DNA of 64,000 bases from Dehalococcoidia bacterium (GTDB lineage: Bacteria > Chloroflexota > Dehalococcoidia > Bin125), in NCBI GenBank assembly GCA_963662615.2, contig CAXXSR010000001.1, forward strand, positions 288,001 through 352,000, read 5' to 3'. Positions 17,587 to 26,002 of the stretch are shown piece by piece. The position numbers and the translations under genes were made by a program. How positions within the stretch are numbered: position 1 is the first letter of the stretch; each line of letters starts with the position of its first letter. A model generated the notes under the pieces. The model ran no database searches. It had not been told where the DNA came from and was given only the letters and a program-made list of their open reading frames with translations.

Positions 17587-18620
17587 TAGCGCTCCCGCCG
17601 GAGGATGAATTGGGCCACGCTCTCCAGCGTGGCGCGGGCCTCCGCGGGGAGGGGGCACGCCTTGAGGGCTGTCAGGAAGGCATCGTGCTGCTCCCGCGCG
17701 GCCTGCGTCGTCGCCTCCTTGGCGCCCACGGCCGCCAAGAGCCGCGTCACCTCAACGACGTCGGTGTCGCCCACTTCGGCCTGCGCGTAGACGCGATCCA
17801 GCCGCGCCCGCTCTGCTGGCGGCGCCGCCTGGAACGCATAGACGACCGGGTAGGTTTTCTTGCGCCGGCGGATGTCGTTGTCGCTGGATTTCCCCGTCAC
17901 GGCGCTGTCGCCCCAGACGCCCAAGTAGTCATCGCGAATTTGGAAGCAGCAGCCCAGCCGCCGCCCGGCCCGGTTGAGGCCCGCGGCGAGGTCCGCGTCT
18001 TCGCTGCTGAGCAGGGCGCCCAGCGCCATGCTGCAGCCGATCATGGCGCCGGTCTTGCGCTCGATCATGCCCAGGTATTCGTCCACAGCGATGGTCGCCC
18101 GCCCCTCGAAGGCCAGGTCCAGGTACTGGCCTTCGATCATGGTGAGCGCGGAATCGCTCAGCAAGCGGTGCGCCGACAGCACCGTGTCGGCGGAGGCGCC
18201 GGCGTCGCGCGCGCGCTCCAGGGCCAGCTGCGCCAGCTCACGCAGCGCGTCGCCTACGTTGATGCCCTGCGCCATGCCCCATTGCGCCCAAACGGTGGGC
18301 CGATGGTGCCGCTCGGCGTCGCCGTCCTGGATGTCGTCATGGACGAGGCTGAAGTTGTGCACGAACTCCACCGCGGCGGCGCCCGCCGCCGCCCGCGCCC
18401 TTGCCGCCGCCGACCCGTCAATCGCGTCGGCAACCAGCAGGCAGAGGGCCGGCCGGAGTCCCTTGCCGCCGCCGTCGTCGCGCGGGCGGCCATCCGCCTC
18501 CTGCCAGCCCAGCGCGTAGCGGGCCATGTCGTAGATGGGGAGGGGGCGCTCCCGTAGCAGGGAGCGCATCTCGGCGTCCACCAAGGGGCGATGCTGCAAC
18601 AGCGCCTCAGGGATCTGCAC
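17586..18620 (-). CDS. Polyprenyl (FPP/GGPP) diphosphate synthase, IdsA-like
   Basis: GGKGLRP, FARM HNFSLVHDDIQD, GQYLD, KTG, SARM FQIRDDYLG. Confidence 0.93.
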   Translation of the reverse strand: MQIPEALLQHRPLVDAEMRSLLRERPLPIYDMARYALGWQEADGRPRDDGGGKGLRPALCLLVADAIDGSAAARARAAAGAAAVEFVHNFSLVHDDIQDGDAERHHRPTVWAQWGMAQGINVGDALRELAQLALERARDAGASADTVLSAHRLLSDSALTMIEGQYLDLAFEGRATIAVDEYLGMIERKTGAMIGCSMALGALLSSEDADLAAGLNRAGRRLGCCFQIRDDYLGVWGDSAVTGKSSDNDIRRRKKTYPVVYAFQAAPPAERARLDRVYAQAEVGDTDVVEVTRLLAAVGAKEATTQAAREQHDAFLTALKACPLPAEARATLESVAQFILRRER

Positions 18621-18708
18621 CGGCCCGCTCTCTCCCTGCCCGCCGCCGGCGGCCCTTCCCTGTGGAAGGGCGCGCGCGGCGATCTCCCGCCTCAACGACG
18701 GTGTCCCG

Positions 18709-19143
18709 TCACTCGCCCACGGCTTCGCGGCAGCTCTTGCAGAGGCCGAAGATAGCGAAGTGGTCAACCGACGCGCCGAAGCCAAAGTCTCTGAGGACGG
18801 CGCGTTGCACAGGCTCCAGGTACCGGTGTTCCAGCTCCACGACGTGGCCGCAGCGCTGGCAGACTAGGTGGTGATGGCGCTCCGGCCCGATCCAGGCGTA
18901 GGACAGTTCGCTGCTGCCCAGGTCCGTTTCCGACACCAGCCCCAAGCGCCTGAACGTGGTCAGGGTGCGGTAGACGGTGCTGGCGTTCATGGAGGGGTGC
19001 CGCGCTTGCGCGGTGTCCAGAATCGTCTGCGCGGTGCAGTGCCCTGTGGCGTGGCGCAGCGCGGCGATGATGACCTCCCGCGGGCGCGTCATGCGCAGCC
19101 CGGATCGGTGGAGAACGTCCGCCGTGGTCGCTTCGCAGGACAC
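18709..19143 (-). CDS. Fur-family transcriptional regulator
   Basis: GLRMTRPR, STVYRTL, HHHLVCQRCG, GLCKSC; GGAGGAG RBS before GTG at 19143. Confidence 0.92.
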   Translation of the reverse strand: MSCEATTADVLHRSGLRMTRPREVIIAALRHATGHCTAQTILDTAQARHPSMNASTVYRTLTTFRRLGLVSETDLGSSELSYAWIGPERHHHLVCQRCGHVVELEHRYLEPVQRAVLRDFGFGASVDHFAIFGLCKSCREAVGE

Positions 19144-19285
19144 GCCTGCACTCCTCCACCCATCGCCCGCCGCATCGATCGTAGGGCGCGCGGCAGGCCC
19201 GTTCCAAGTCGCGAGCGCGTCGGCCCGCTGCCGCCTCCGCTCCAACGCCAGAGGGCAAAGGCGGCGATCCGCCCCCTCCGCCCCT

Positions 19286-19849
19286 TTACCGCTCGGACCT
19301 TCCTTCCCGGGTAGCGCGCGGCGCGCTGCGTCCGGCGTAGTGCTCTTCGTAGCGGGCCAGGTCGTAGAGGACCGACGAGGCCCGATTGAGGTAGCGCAAC
19401 AGATCTGGGTTGAGCGCATGGCCGCCGGCCCCGAGCCGTGAGACCTCCCGCTCCGCTCGGCGGGTCACCGTGCGCGCCAGGTCCAGGGCGCCGCCCGCCG
19501 GCGTCTCGCCGGGGATGACGAACTCCTTGGGCGGCGGCGCCTCCAACTCCAGCTCGGCCGCCATGGCTTCCAGCCGCTCCACCTCGGTAGCGCCGGTGAC
19601 GAAGTCGGCCGGTACCGGCCGGCCGGGCGCCACCGCCAACTCCGCCATGATCAGGTAGAGGCGCTGCTGGATCTCCTGAGCCAGCGCGTTGGTCTTCGGA
19701 GCCGTGGCCAGGGCGCGGGCCAGGCCCAGCGCGCTGGTCGCTTCGTCAACGGCGCCGTACGCCTCCGGCTGCTGATCATGTTTGGGGACGCGGTCGCCGC
19801 CGTAGAGGCTAGTGCTGCCGTCGTCTCCGCGGCGCGTGAAGTGGGGCAT
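19286..19849 (-). CDS. pduO: ATP:cob(I)alamin adenosyltransferase, PduO type
   Basis: FTRRGDDGSTSLYGG, YGAVDE, FVIPG, ARTVTRRAER, YLNRAS motifs. Confidence 0.92.
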   Translation of the reverse strand: MPHFTRRGDDGSTSLYGGDRVPKHDQQPEAYGAVDEATSALGLARALATAPKTNALAQEIQQRLYLIMAELAVAPGRPVPADFVTGATEVERLEAMAAELELEAPPPKEFVIPGETPAGGALDLARTVTRRAEREVSRLGAGGHALNPDLLRYLNRASSVLYDLARYEEHYAGRSAPRATREGRSER

Positions 19850-19978
19850 ACGGCGATTGTAGCCAGGCGACCGCCCGCGCAGGGCAGGCACGCGCGCGTG
19901 ATGCCGCCCGCTGTGTCTGTGTAAGGGCCTGCCTGAGGAGGGACGACGGCCGGCGGGGCCCGGCGTCGGGCGGGCGGC

Positions 19979-21061
19979 TTAGGCCGCCCGAGCGCCCCGT
20001 CTGCGGAGGGAGGAGACGAGGGCGGGGGCGCCCCCGCCGACCAACCGCAGCCGCGGGTGGACCGCCAGCCGGCTCGGCACCGCGCGCGGGAGCCGCTGCG
20101 GCCCCCTGCCGTCGGCCCAGAGCAGGGCCAGGCCGATCACGGTGACGGGTACGACGATCATGGCGTGGAGGGCCACCGCGTAGGCCCCGGCCATCCCCGC
20201 CCCGACGCCGACGGCGCCGAGCGTCTGCGCCACCACCACCTCGAAGGCGCCAATGTTGCCGCCCGCTGGCGGCGCCCCCAACGTGAACTGCGCCACGGCC
20301 ACTAAGACGAGATAGCTTCCTATCCCCAGTGACATTCCCAAGGCTTCGCCCAGGAGCACATAGGCGACCCCCATCAGCGTCCAACAGAGCAGGGAGGCCC
20401 CCAGCACGGACCCCGCCTGCAGGGGGTGGCGCAACGCCTCCAGCCCCGCGATCAGGTGGCGTCCGCCGTTGCCCAGCGCCGCCTGGAAGCGAGAGGGAAG
20501 ACGGCGCAGCAGCGCCCGCCCGGGCCGCCGCGGCAGCCAGCCGCCCAAGACGAGGGCGACGAGCACGGCGGCCAGGCCCATGGAGGCGGCGAGGGCGAAG
20601 GCGGCGGTGCGGACGGTCCCATCCAGCTCGGCAAGCGCCAGCGCCGCCACGATCAGGGTCAGCAGGACGGCGCCGTCGAACAACGCCTCCACGACCATGC
20701 TGCTCCCTATGGCGGCATGACTGAGGCCGGTGCGGCGGCTGAGCAGGTGGACGCGAGCGATGACGCCCGCCTTCACCGGCAGCAGATTGTTGGCCGTGAC
20801 GCCAATGGTGAGCGCGTGAAACGGTCGCCAATAGCCGCAGTCGTGCAGATGAGCGAGCAGGTAACGCCACCTGCCGGCGCGGATCCCGTGCGCGGCCAGG
20901 TAGGCGCCGGCGGCGGCCAGGAGCAGGGCCGGGTTCGCGTTTGAGAGCGCCTCCCCCATGGCGGCGAAGTCCTGCTGCCAGACAAAGAGGCCAATGCCGG
21001 CCACGGAGATCAACAGCAGCAGCCAGAAGCGGCGGGAGTGGAGGGTCGAGCTGCGGGCCAT
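19979..21061 (-). CDS. Lysylphosphatidylglycerol synthase TM-domain / flippase-like membrane protein
   Basis: Many TM helices; RAGRWRYLL, ANNLLPVKAG..AR, E.LFD, GNIGAFE motifs. Confidence 0.85.
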   Translation of the reverse strand: MARSSTLHSRRFWLLLLISVAGIGLFVWQQDFAAMGEALSNANPALLLAAAGAYLAAHGIRAGRWRYLLAHLHDCGYWRPFHALTIGVTANNLLPVKAGVIARVHLLSRRTGLSHAAIGSSMVVEALFDGAVLLTLIVAALALAELDGTVRTAAFALAASMGLAAVLVALVLGGWLPRRPGRALLRRLPSRFQAALGNGGRHLIAGLEALRHPLQAGSVLGASLLCWTLMGVAYVLLGEALGMSLGIGSYLVLVAVAQFTLGAPPAGGNIGAFEVVVAQTLGAVGVGAGMAGAYAVALHAMIVVPVTVIGLALLWADGRGPQRLPRAVPSRLAVHPRLRLVGGGAPALVSSLRRRGARAA

Positions 21062-21175
21062 GCGCCATCCTGGTCAGGCCGAGATCGCCAACGGTGGGCC
21101 GATCCTCGACCCGTGCCTGAATAATCGGCAGGAACCCCTAAGGGTGTAGGCAGGACCCGTAGGGGGGCGGCGCGA

Positions 21176-21703
21176 TCAGGGTGCCGCTGGGGAAGGGGGC
21201 GGAAGGAGGTAGACGGTCGAGGAGCCGCGGTTGCCGGTCCGGTCCAGCGCCGGCATCGTCTGGACCGGCGCTTGGGGCGTTCCGTCCAGGACGTGATGGG
21301 CGATGATCCGGTGCAGCCGCACGACTTTTCCCCGGGCAGCCAAGGCCTCAACATCGGCCACGGTGAGGAAACGAGCGGCGTCCGTCTCGCGGCCATCGGG
21401 GTGGGGCTCGCCGGGGGCGGCGGCGACGGCGAGGGCGACGAAGGTGTCGGATCCGGCCGCCGTCGCCAGTGAGCGGACCGCGACGATGCCGCCGGCCTGC
21501 CCCGTCAGGGCGGCCTCCTCGCGCAGTTCACGCAGCGCGCAATCCTGCAGCGATTCGCCCGGATGCTGGGTGCCGTTGGGGATGACCCAACGGCCAGCCG
21601 CCCAGCCGTAGGTGGTCCGCACCATCAGGATGCGATTATCGCGGACGACGACGGCGCCCGCGCCCACCGTGACGGGCGGCTGGTCCGGCGCGGGCGGCGT
21701 CAC
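21176..21703 (-). CDS. NUDIX hydrolase
   Basis: Nudix box GTQHPGESLQDCALRELREEAAL; GTG start overlaps the ASCH stop. Confidence 0.88.
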   Translation of the reverse strand: MTPPAPDQPPVTVGAGAVVVRDNRILMVRTTYGWAAGRWVIPNGTQHPGESLQDCALRELREEAALTGQAGGIVAVRSLATAAGSDTFVALAVAAAPGEPHPDGRETDAARFLTVADVEALAARGKVVRLHRIIAHHVLDGTPQAPVQTMPALDRTGNRGSSTVYLLPPPSPAAP

Positions 21704-22080
21704 GCCGGACGCTCGCCCTCGGCGGCGGGCTCGAAGGCAATGCACCACAAGGGACGGGAGCGCAGCGCTTTCCAGTCGGCGGGCGTCATGCGGTCGGGGT
21801 GCAGATGATTGATGCGGGCGAAGTGCTGCTCGAACGCCCGGCGATTCTCCCCGCCGTGCGCGCCGGCGGGCCAGCCCTCCGCCTCCAGGTCGGCCTCCGT
21901 CATCCCCGCGAGCGTGCAGCGGCGGAGCGCGGTGACGCGGATGCGTCCCCGCGAGGTGGAGCGGAATGACGTTTGCACGGCGTAGGTCCGACCCACCTTG
22001 ACCCGCGGCTGCCGGAGCCGGAGAGTCTGCCGTTTGCGGCCCGTCAGCACGGCGTCAACCCATTCCTTCTTGAAGAGCAT
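21700..22080 (-). CDS. ASCH-domain protein
   Basis: MLFKKEWVDAVLTGRKRQTLR (GxKxxTxR motif), DLEAEG, WCIAF. Confidence 0.85.
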   Translation of the reverse strand: MLFKKEWVDAVLTGRKRQTLRLRQPRVKVGRTYAVQTSFRSTSRGRIRVTALRRCTLAGMTEADLEAEGWPAGAHGGENRRAFEQHFARINHLHPDRMTPADWKALRSRPLWCIAFEPAAEGERPA

Positions 22081-22291
22081 GGGCCGATGCTAGCGGCTCC
22101 GCGCCGCGTCGCTCGACGAGCGGGGGATACGGCGCCAGGAAGATGCGGCCCCGCTGAGGCGCGCTTCGGTCCGTCGCGGTCGCGCCGTAGGGAGTGTCCC
22201 GATGCCGCGCGCTCGCCGCCGCGCGATGATGGGCATAGAGCCCGCAGGGCCGTCCACCGGCGGACCGGCCGCTCAACGGGGGAGGGACAGG

Positions 22292-22390
22292 ATGACGCTT
22301 CTGCGCCGTCTTAGCAGCCTGGGCGCCGCGCTCATCTTCATGGCAGTGGCCTTCGTGCCGGCGTTGCTGATCCCCGTGCTGGCGAGCTAA
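22292..22390 (+). CDS. Putative 32-aa single-TM small protein
   Basis: GGAGGGA RBS, then ATG; MTLLRRLSSLGAALIFMAVAFVPALLIPVLAS*. Confidence 0.45.
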   Translation: MTLLRRLSSLGAALIFMAVAFVPALLIPVLAS

Positions 22391-22896
22391 CCGCCCTCGG
22401 CCAGCGCGCGCTGGAACGCCTCATACGAGCGCTCGTCGAAGAGGACGAAGCGGATCAGCGCGATCGCCTCGTCGGCGCCGGCGCGCTCCCGCGCCACGGC
22501 GACCATGATGCGTGCACACTCGTCCGGCGAGAATCCGCCCACGCCGGTGCCCAAGGCGGGCAGGGCGATGGAGTGCAGCCCCAGCTCCTCGCCCAGCCTG
22601 AGCGCGCCGGCCGTGGCGGCGCGGATCTTCTCGGCGTCGGTGGCGAGGTCCTGGCCCATGGCGGCGGCGTGAATGACGTGCTTGGCCGCCAGCGACCCCG
22701 CGCCGGTGACCACGGCGCTTCCAATCTCGATCGGCCCCTGCCGTATCGCCTCCGCCTCAATGCCGCGGCCACCCCGTCCCGCGATGGCGCCGGCAACCCC
22801 GGCGCCCATCTAGAGGTGGTTGTTGGCGGCGTTGACGATGGCGTCCACCACCTGCTCGGTGATGTCTCCCCGCACGGCTTCGATCGTCGATGCCAC
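22387..22896 (-). pseudogene. Macrodomain (ADP-ribose-binding/hydrolase) gene interrupted by an in-frame TAG at 22812-22810
   Basis: GGAGGAG RBS and GTG, then ASTIEAVRGDITEQVVDAIVNAANNHL*MGAGVAGAI...VIHAA...SIALPALGTGVGGF; the stop sits where Trp (TGG) would be expected. Confidence 0.88.
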
Positions 22897-23177
22897 GACG
22901 CTCCTCCGGTGCTGCGCTGCGCATTCTTTTGCGCGCGGCGGGCGCTGTCAACGGGGCCGGGAGCGGCTGGGGAGCGCGTCCCGCGAGGCGACACGAGAGC
23001 CGTCCTGGCCAGATGCCGGGGTCGGCAATACGGTACGGGGAGAAACGGAGGCGGCAGGACCCAGGCGCGGCGTTCTGCCGCGACGGTCGCAGGCCGCGAC
23101 TCGCAATGCCCAGGGGCTGCCGTAGCTGTCGTGCACCTGCCGACGCCGGATCGCCGGCGCCGGCGAGGAGAGCGCGG

Positions 23178-24317
23178 GTGACGTTGATCGCGTCGGCGCT
23201 GCTGAGCGTGTTGGCCTTGCTGCTCGTCGCCTGCGGCGACGGCGAGGCCGGGCCCAGCGCCGTCGCCGCGCCGCCGGCCGTGGCGGAGGGCCCAGCGCCG
23301 GTCGAGCGTGCCGATGCGGAGAGCGCCGTCGCCGCAACGCCGGCACGCTCCGACCACGACTCGCAGCCGATTCCGGAGCCGGTACCCCCCGCCGCCGGCG
23401 CTGTCCGCGTCCTCCCCGCGCCCCTTCCGCCGCCCGCGGTTCGCGAAGCGCGCGACGCCCCGCCGCCGCCTTCGCCGGAAGAGCCGGCGGCGATCGAGGC
23501 GGACCCTCCCGCCCCCTCCGGCCCTATCGCGGAGCGGATAAGCGAGGAGCTATCGCTCGACGCCCTCTCCGTCGCCGCCCGCGCCTTCGCCGAGAGCCGC
23601 AGCGGCGTCGTGGCGGTGGCGGTGATCGATCTGCGCGAGGGACACGTCTACACGGCGCGGACGGACACCGTGTTTTCCCTGGCGAGCGTCGCCAAGGTGC
23701 CGCTGATGCTGGCCGTGCTGGACGCCGCGCAAGGGGAAGGCCGCGCGCTGACCGACGCTGAGTCAGAGGCGCTGCGGTTGATGATCACGGCGAGCAACAA
23801 CGCCGCCGCCGACCGCCTCTGGCGTGCGGTGGGCGGTCGGGAGCCCGTGGTGGCGGTCCTGGAGGCGCTCGCGCTGGGCCGGCCCCGCTTCGCGATTGGC
23901 GAGGGCCCCTGGGGAGCGCAGCAAGCCGACGTCCTCAGCGTGGCCCTGCTGTTCGCCGAAATCGCCGAGGGGACCGTGCTCAGCCCCGAGAGCCGCGCCA
24001 GCGCGCTGCAGCTCCTCAGCTCCGTGCAGCCTGACCAGGCCTGGGGCATCACGGAAGGGCTGACGGCGCACTACGGCGGCGCCGAGGTTGCGCTAAAGAA
24101 CGGCTGGTTTCCCGACGACGAGCGGAGCTGGCGTGTGCACAGCGCCAGCTTCGTGCGCTCCCGCGACGGGCATGCGCTCTACGCCCTGGCCATCCTCAGC
24201 GAGGATCAGCCGTCCTACGCCTACGGCCTGCGCACCGTTAAAGGGGTGGCGCGGGAGATCCACCGGGCCCTGGCCGCGCCGGTGTACATGCCCTACGCCG
24301 TTGCGCCGTCGTCGTGA
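23178..24317 (+). CDS. Lipoprotein serine hydrolase of the class A beta-lactamase / D,D-peptidase-like family
   Basis: Lipobox LVAC, Pro-rich linker, ASVAK (SxxK), SNN (SxN), KNGW (KTG-like); GAGGAG RBS. Confidence 0.85.
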   Translation: MTLIASALLSVLALLLVACGDGEAGPSAVAAPPAVAEGPAPVERADAESAVAATPARSDHDSQPIPEPVPPAAGAVRVLPAPLPPPAVREARDAPPPPSPEEPAAIEADPPAPSGPIAERISEELSLDALSVAARAFAESRSGVVAVAVIDLREGHVYTARTDTVFSLASVAKVPLMLAVLDAAQGEGRALTDAESEALRLMITASNNAAADRLWRAVGGREPVVAVLEALALGRPRFAIGEGPWGAQQADVLSVALLFAEIAEGTVLSPESRASALQLLSSVQPDQAWGITEGLTAHYGGAEVALKNGWFPDDERSWRVHSASFVRSRDGHALYALAILSEDQPSYAYGLRTVKGVAREIHRALAAPVYMPYAVAPSS

Positions 24318-24390
24318 GGGATGAAGAGTGCGGTGCAGGAATCACGACGCGATGCTGGGCGACATCGACTCGCGGCTCATAGTGGTGGCA

Positions 24391-25467
24391 CTAGCTCGCT
24401 GCGGGCAGGGGCTTGCTCCGTAGCTGGTTCAGCGCCTCGATGAGGTCGAGCGTTTGTTCGGCCCCGAGGTCATCACCTTGGTAATCAGTCACGAACAGAC
24501 CCCCCAGATTCGTAGGGATTTCTAAGCGCGTGTCCCACACGAGAATGACTCGCTCACCGAAAAGCGCGAGCGCGCCCCCGATCTCGGTGAGGACGTTGTC
24601 GTTGATCTTAGGCGAGCAGCCCTCCGGCGTTTCCGCCTCGTCCAGGCTGACATTAATGACGGCAGCGGCGCATGTGCGCATAGAGTCGAAAACCTTACCG
24701 GAGACCGGCTCAGCAGTGGTTTCGCGTTCGACCTCTATGACCGGCTCCATACTGGCTAGAGCTACCGCTCGCTTGATCGCGGCGCGGATGGTTTCGTTCT
24801 TGCCGTGACCTATGAAGACGCGGCCCAGATCGACTTGGCGTTCTGTAGGCGTGACTGCCTCTCGACCCCTGTCCTGCTGTTCCGCCTCTTGATCCTCGTC
24901 AGCAGCCGGATGTTCATCCACGTGGTCATCGAGCGCCTCGCCCTCGTCCGTGCGCAATGGGGTCCCCTCGACGAACGCACGCAGCTGCTGTCGATTCACC
25001 GCGAAGCGCGTCTCCTTTCCGTGTCGGCCTACGGTCGTGCTGCCGAGACCCGCAGCCTCGCCGACTGAGAAGAAAAAATTCACCGCTGAGGCAAGCGTCT
25101 TGCTCTTCATGCCACCGATCACGCTGTGAATGTGCGCCTGGACCTCCGAGGTGGGCGCCTCCTCGAACTCCTGCTGATAGATCCATTCGAGCACGTCGGC
25201 GTACGGCTCGTAGCCTCGTAGAATCTCAAACTAGGTCCCCTGATGGTTGGGGTTGCGGGCAATCGATCGCCCGATCTGCGTGAGTTCGAGTTGGTCACTA
25301 TCGCCGACCAACTTCAGCGCTCGGTACGCAGACAGTTTTCGGGGATCAAGGAGCCCCTGCTGCACCTTTGAGCGCGCTTTCTCCAGCGGCTCACCTGTGG
25401 GCTTCGTCTTCAGGTAGCTCGCGATGCTCTTGATGTCTTCCGCGGATGTATGAACTGGGAAAGCCAT
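24391..25467 (-). pseudogene. Putative HTH + TIR-like nucleotide-binding (Cap12/Pycsar-type TIR) protein, 358 codons, with an in-frame TAG at 25233-25231
   Basis: ORFs 25467-25231 and 25194-24391 share one frame and are separated by a single TAG. The C-terminus has RVFIGHGKN...KVFDSMRTC.AAVI...NDNVLTEIG...IPTNLGG. The region is visibly lower in GC than its flanks. Confidence 0.82.
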
Positions 25468-25479
25468 CCTGAGTTCCTC

Positions 25480-25497
25480 CTAGAACATCTGTTCTAG
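25480..25497. promoter_or_regulatory. LexA (SOS) box-like palindrome
   Basis: CTAGAAC-ATCT-GTTCTAG, with perfect 7-bp arms, matches GAAC-N4-GTTC; it abuts the GGAGG RBS of the TIR gene. Confidence 0.78.
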
Positions 25498-25631
25498 ACG
25501 GATGCGGCTCTAGACGCTACAGCGTCGCAACCTCGCGCGCTTACCTGCGGCAGACACCACGATCCTCGCAGGCCTGGGCGGACGGCCTGGCGCTGGGATG
25601 GCGAGCCCCGTGGAGGCGAGGAGCTGTTCTG

Positions 25632-25940
25632 CTAAAAGATGCCCAGCTCGAACTTGGCCTCGTCGCTGGCCATCTCGCGCGGGTCCCAGGGCGGGCTGAA
25701 GACGATCTCCGTCTCCACGTCCTCGACCCCCTCGGTCGCCGCCGCGGCCTCGTGGATCTGCGCCTGCAGCATGGGCCCTACCGGGCAGGCCGGCGTGGTC
25801 AGCGTGAAAATCACGCGGACGTTCTTGCCGTCCTCCGAGGGCTCAATGCGGTAGATCAGCCCCAAGTCCACGACGTTGATGCCGATCTCCGGATCGAAGA
25901 CGGTCTTCAGCCGCTCGCGAACGTCCTCTTCAGTCACCAT
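25632..25940 (-). CDS. sufT: Metal-sulfur cluster assembly factor (DUF59/SufT)
   Basis: VFDPEIGINVVDLGLIY, TLTTPACPV, PPWDP. Confidence 0.9.
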   Translation of the reverse strand: MVTEEDVRERLKTVFDPEIGINVVDLGLIYRIEPSEDGKNVRVIFTLTTPACPVGPMLQAQIHEAAAATEGVEDVETEIVFSPPWDPREMASDEAKFELGIF

Positions 25941-26002
25941 GACGCGGATTCCTTTCCGGCCCCACCGATTCCGCGGAGCACGGGCCTGCCTAGCCGGCCC
26001 GA

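Noticed and set aside
15499-17589. Long antisense ORFs (e.g. 696 aa here; also 29277-30830, 47550-49289, 53793-55691, 57390-59513, 61268-63694)
   Set aside because: These are shadow frames of well-conserved genes in high-GC DNA, with no motifs and Arg/Gly/Ala-biased composition.
23178-24317. Bona fide antibiotic-resistance beta-lactamase
   Set aside because: It is a lipoprotein with a Pro-rich stalk and no clear omega-loop ExxLN motif, so a cell-envelope serine hydrolase or D,D-peptidase-like role is more plausible.
22810-25233. Amber recoding or pyrrolysine read-through to explain two in-frame TAGs
   Set aside because: TAG is the normal stop of many conserved genes here (npdG, cofE, sufB, frr, acpP, rpsB), no pyl genes are visible, and single substitutions explain both cases.
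22387-25467. Thoeris-like system (macrodomain + TIR)
   Set aside because: The macrodomain is a stand-alone housekeeping type without TM or SIR2 fusion, has host-like GC, and is separated from the TIR gene by an oppositely oriented gene; the TIR resembles the Cap12/Pycsar type rather than ThsB.
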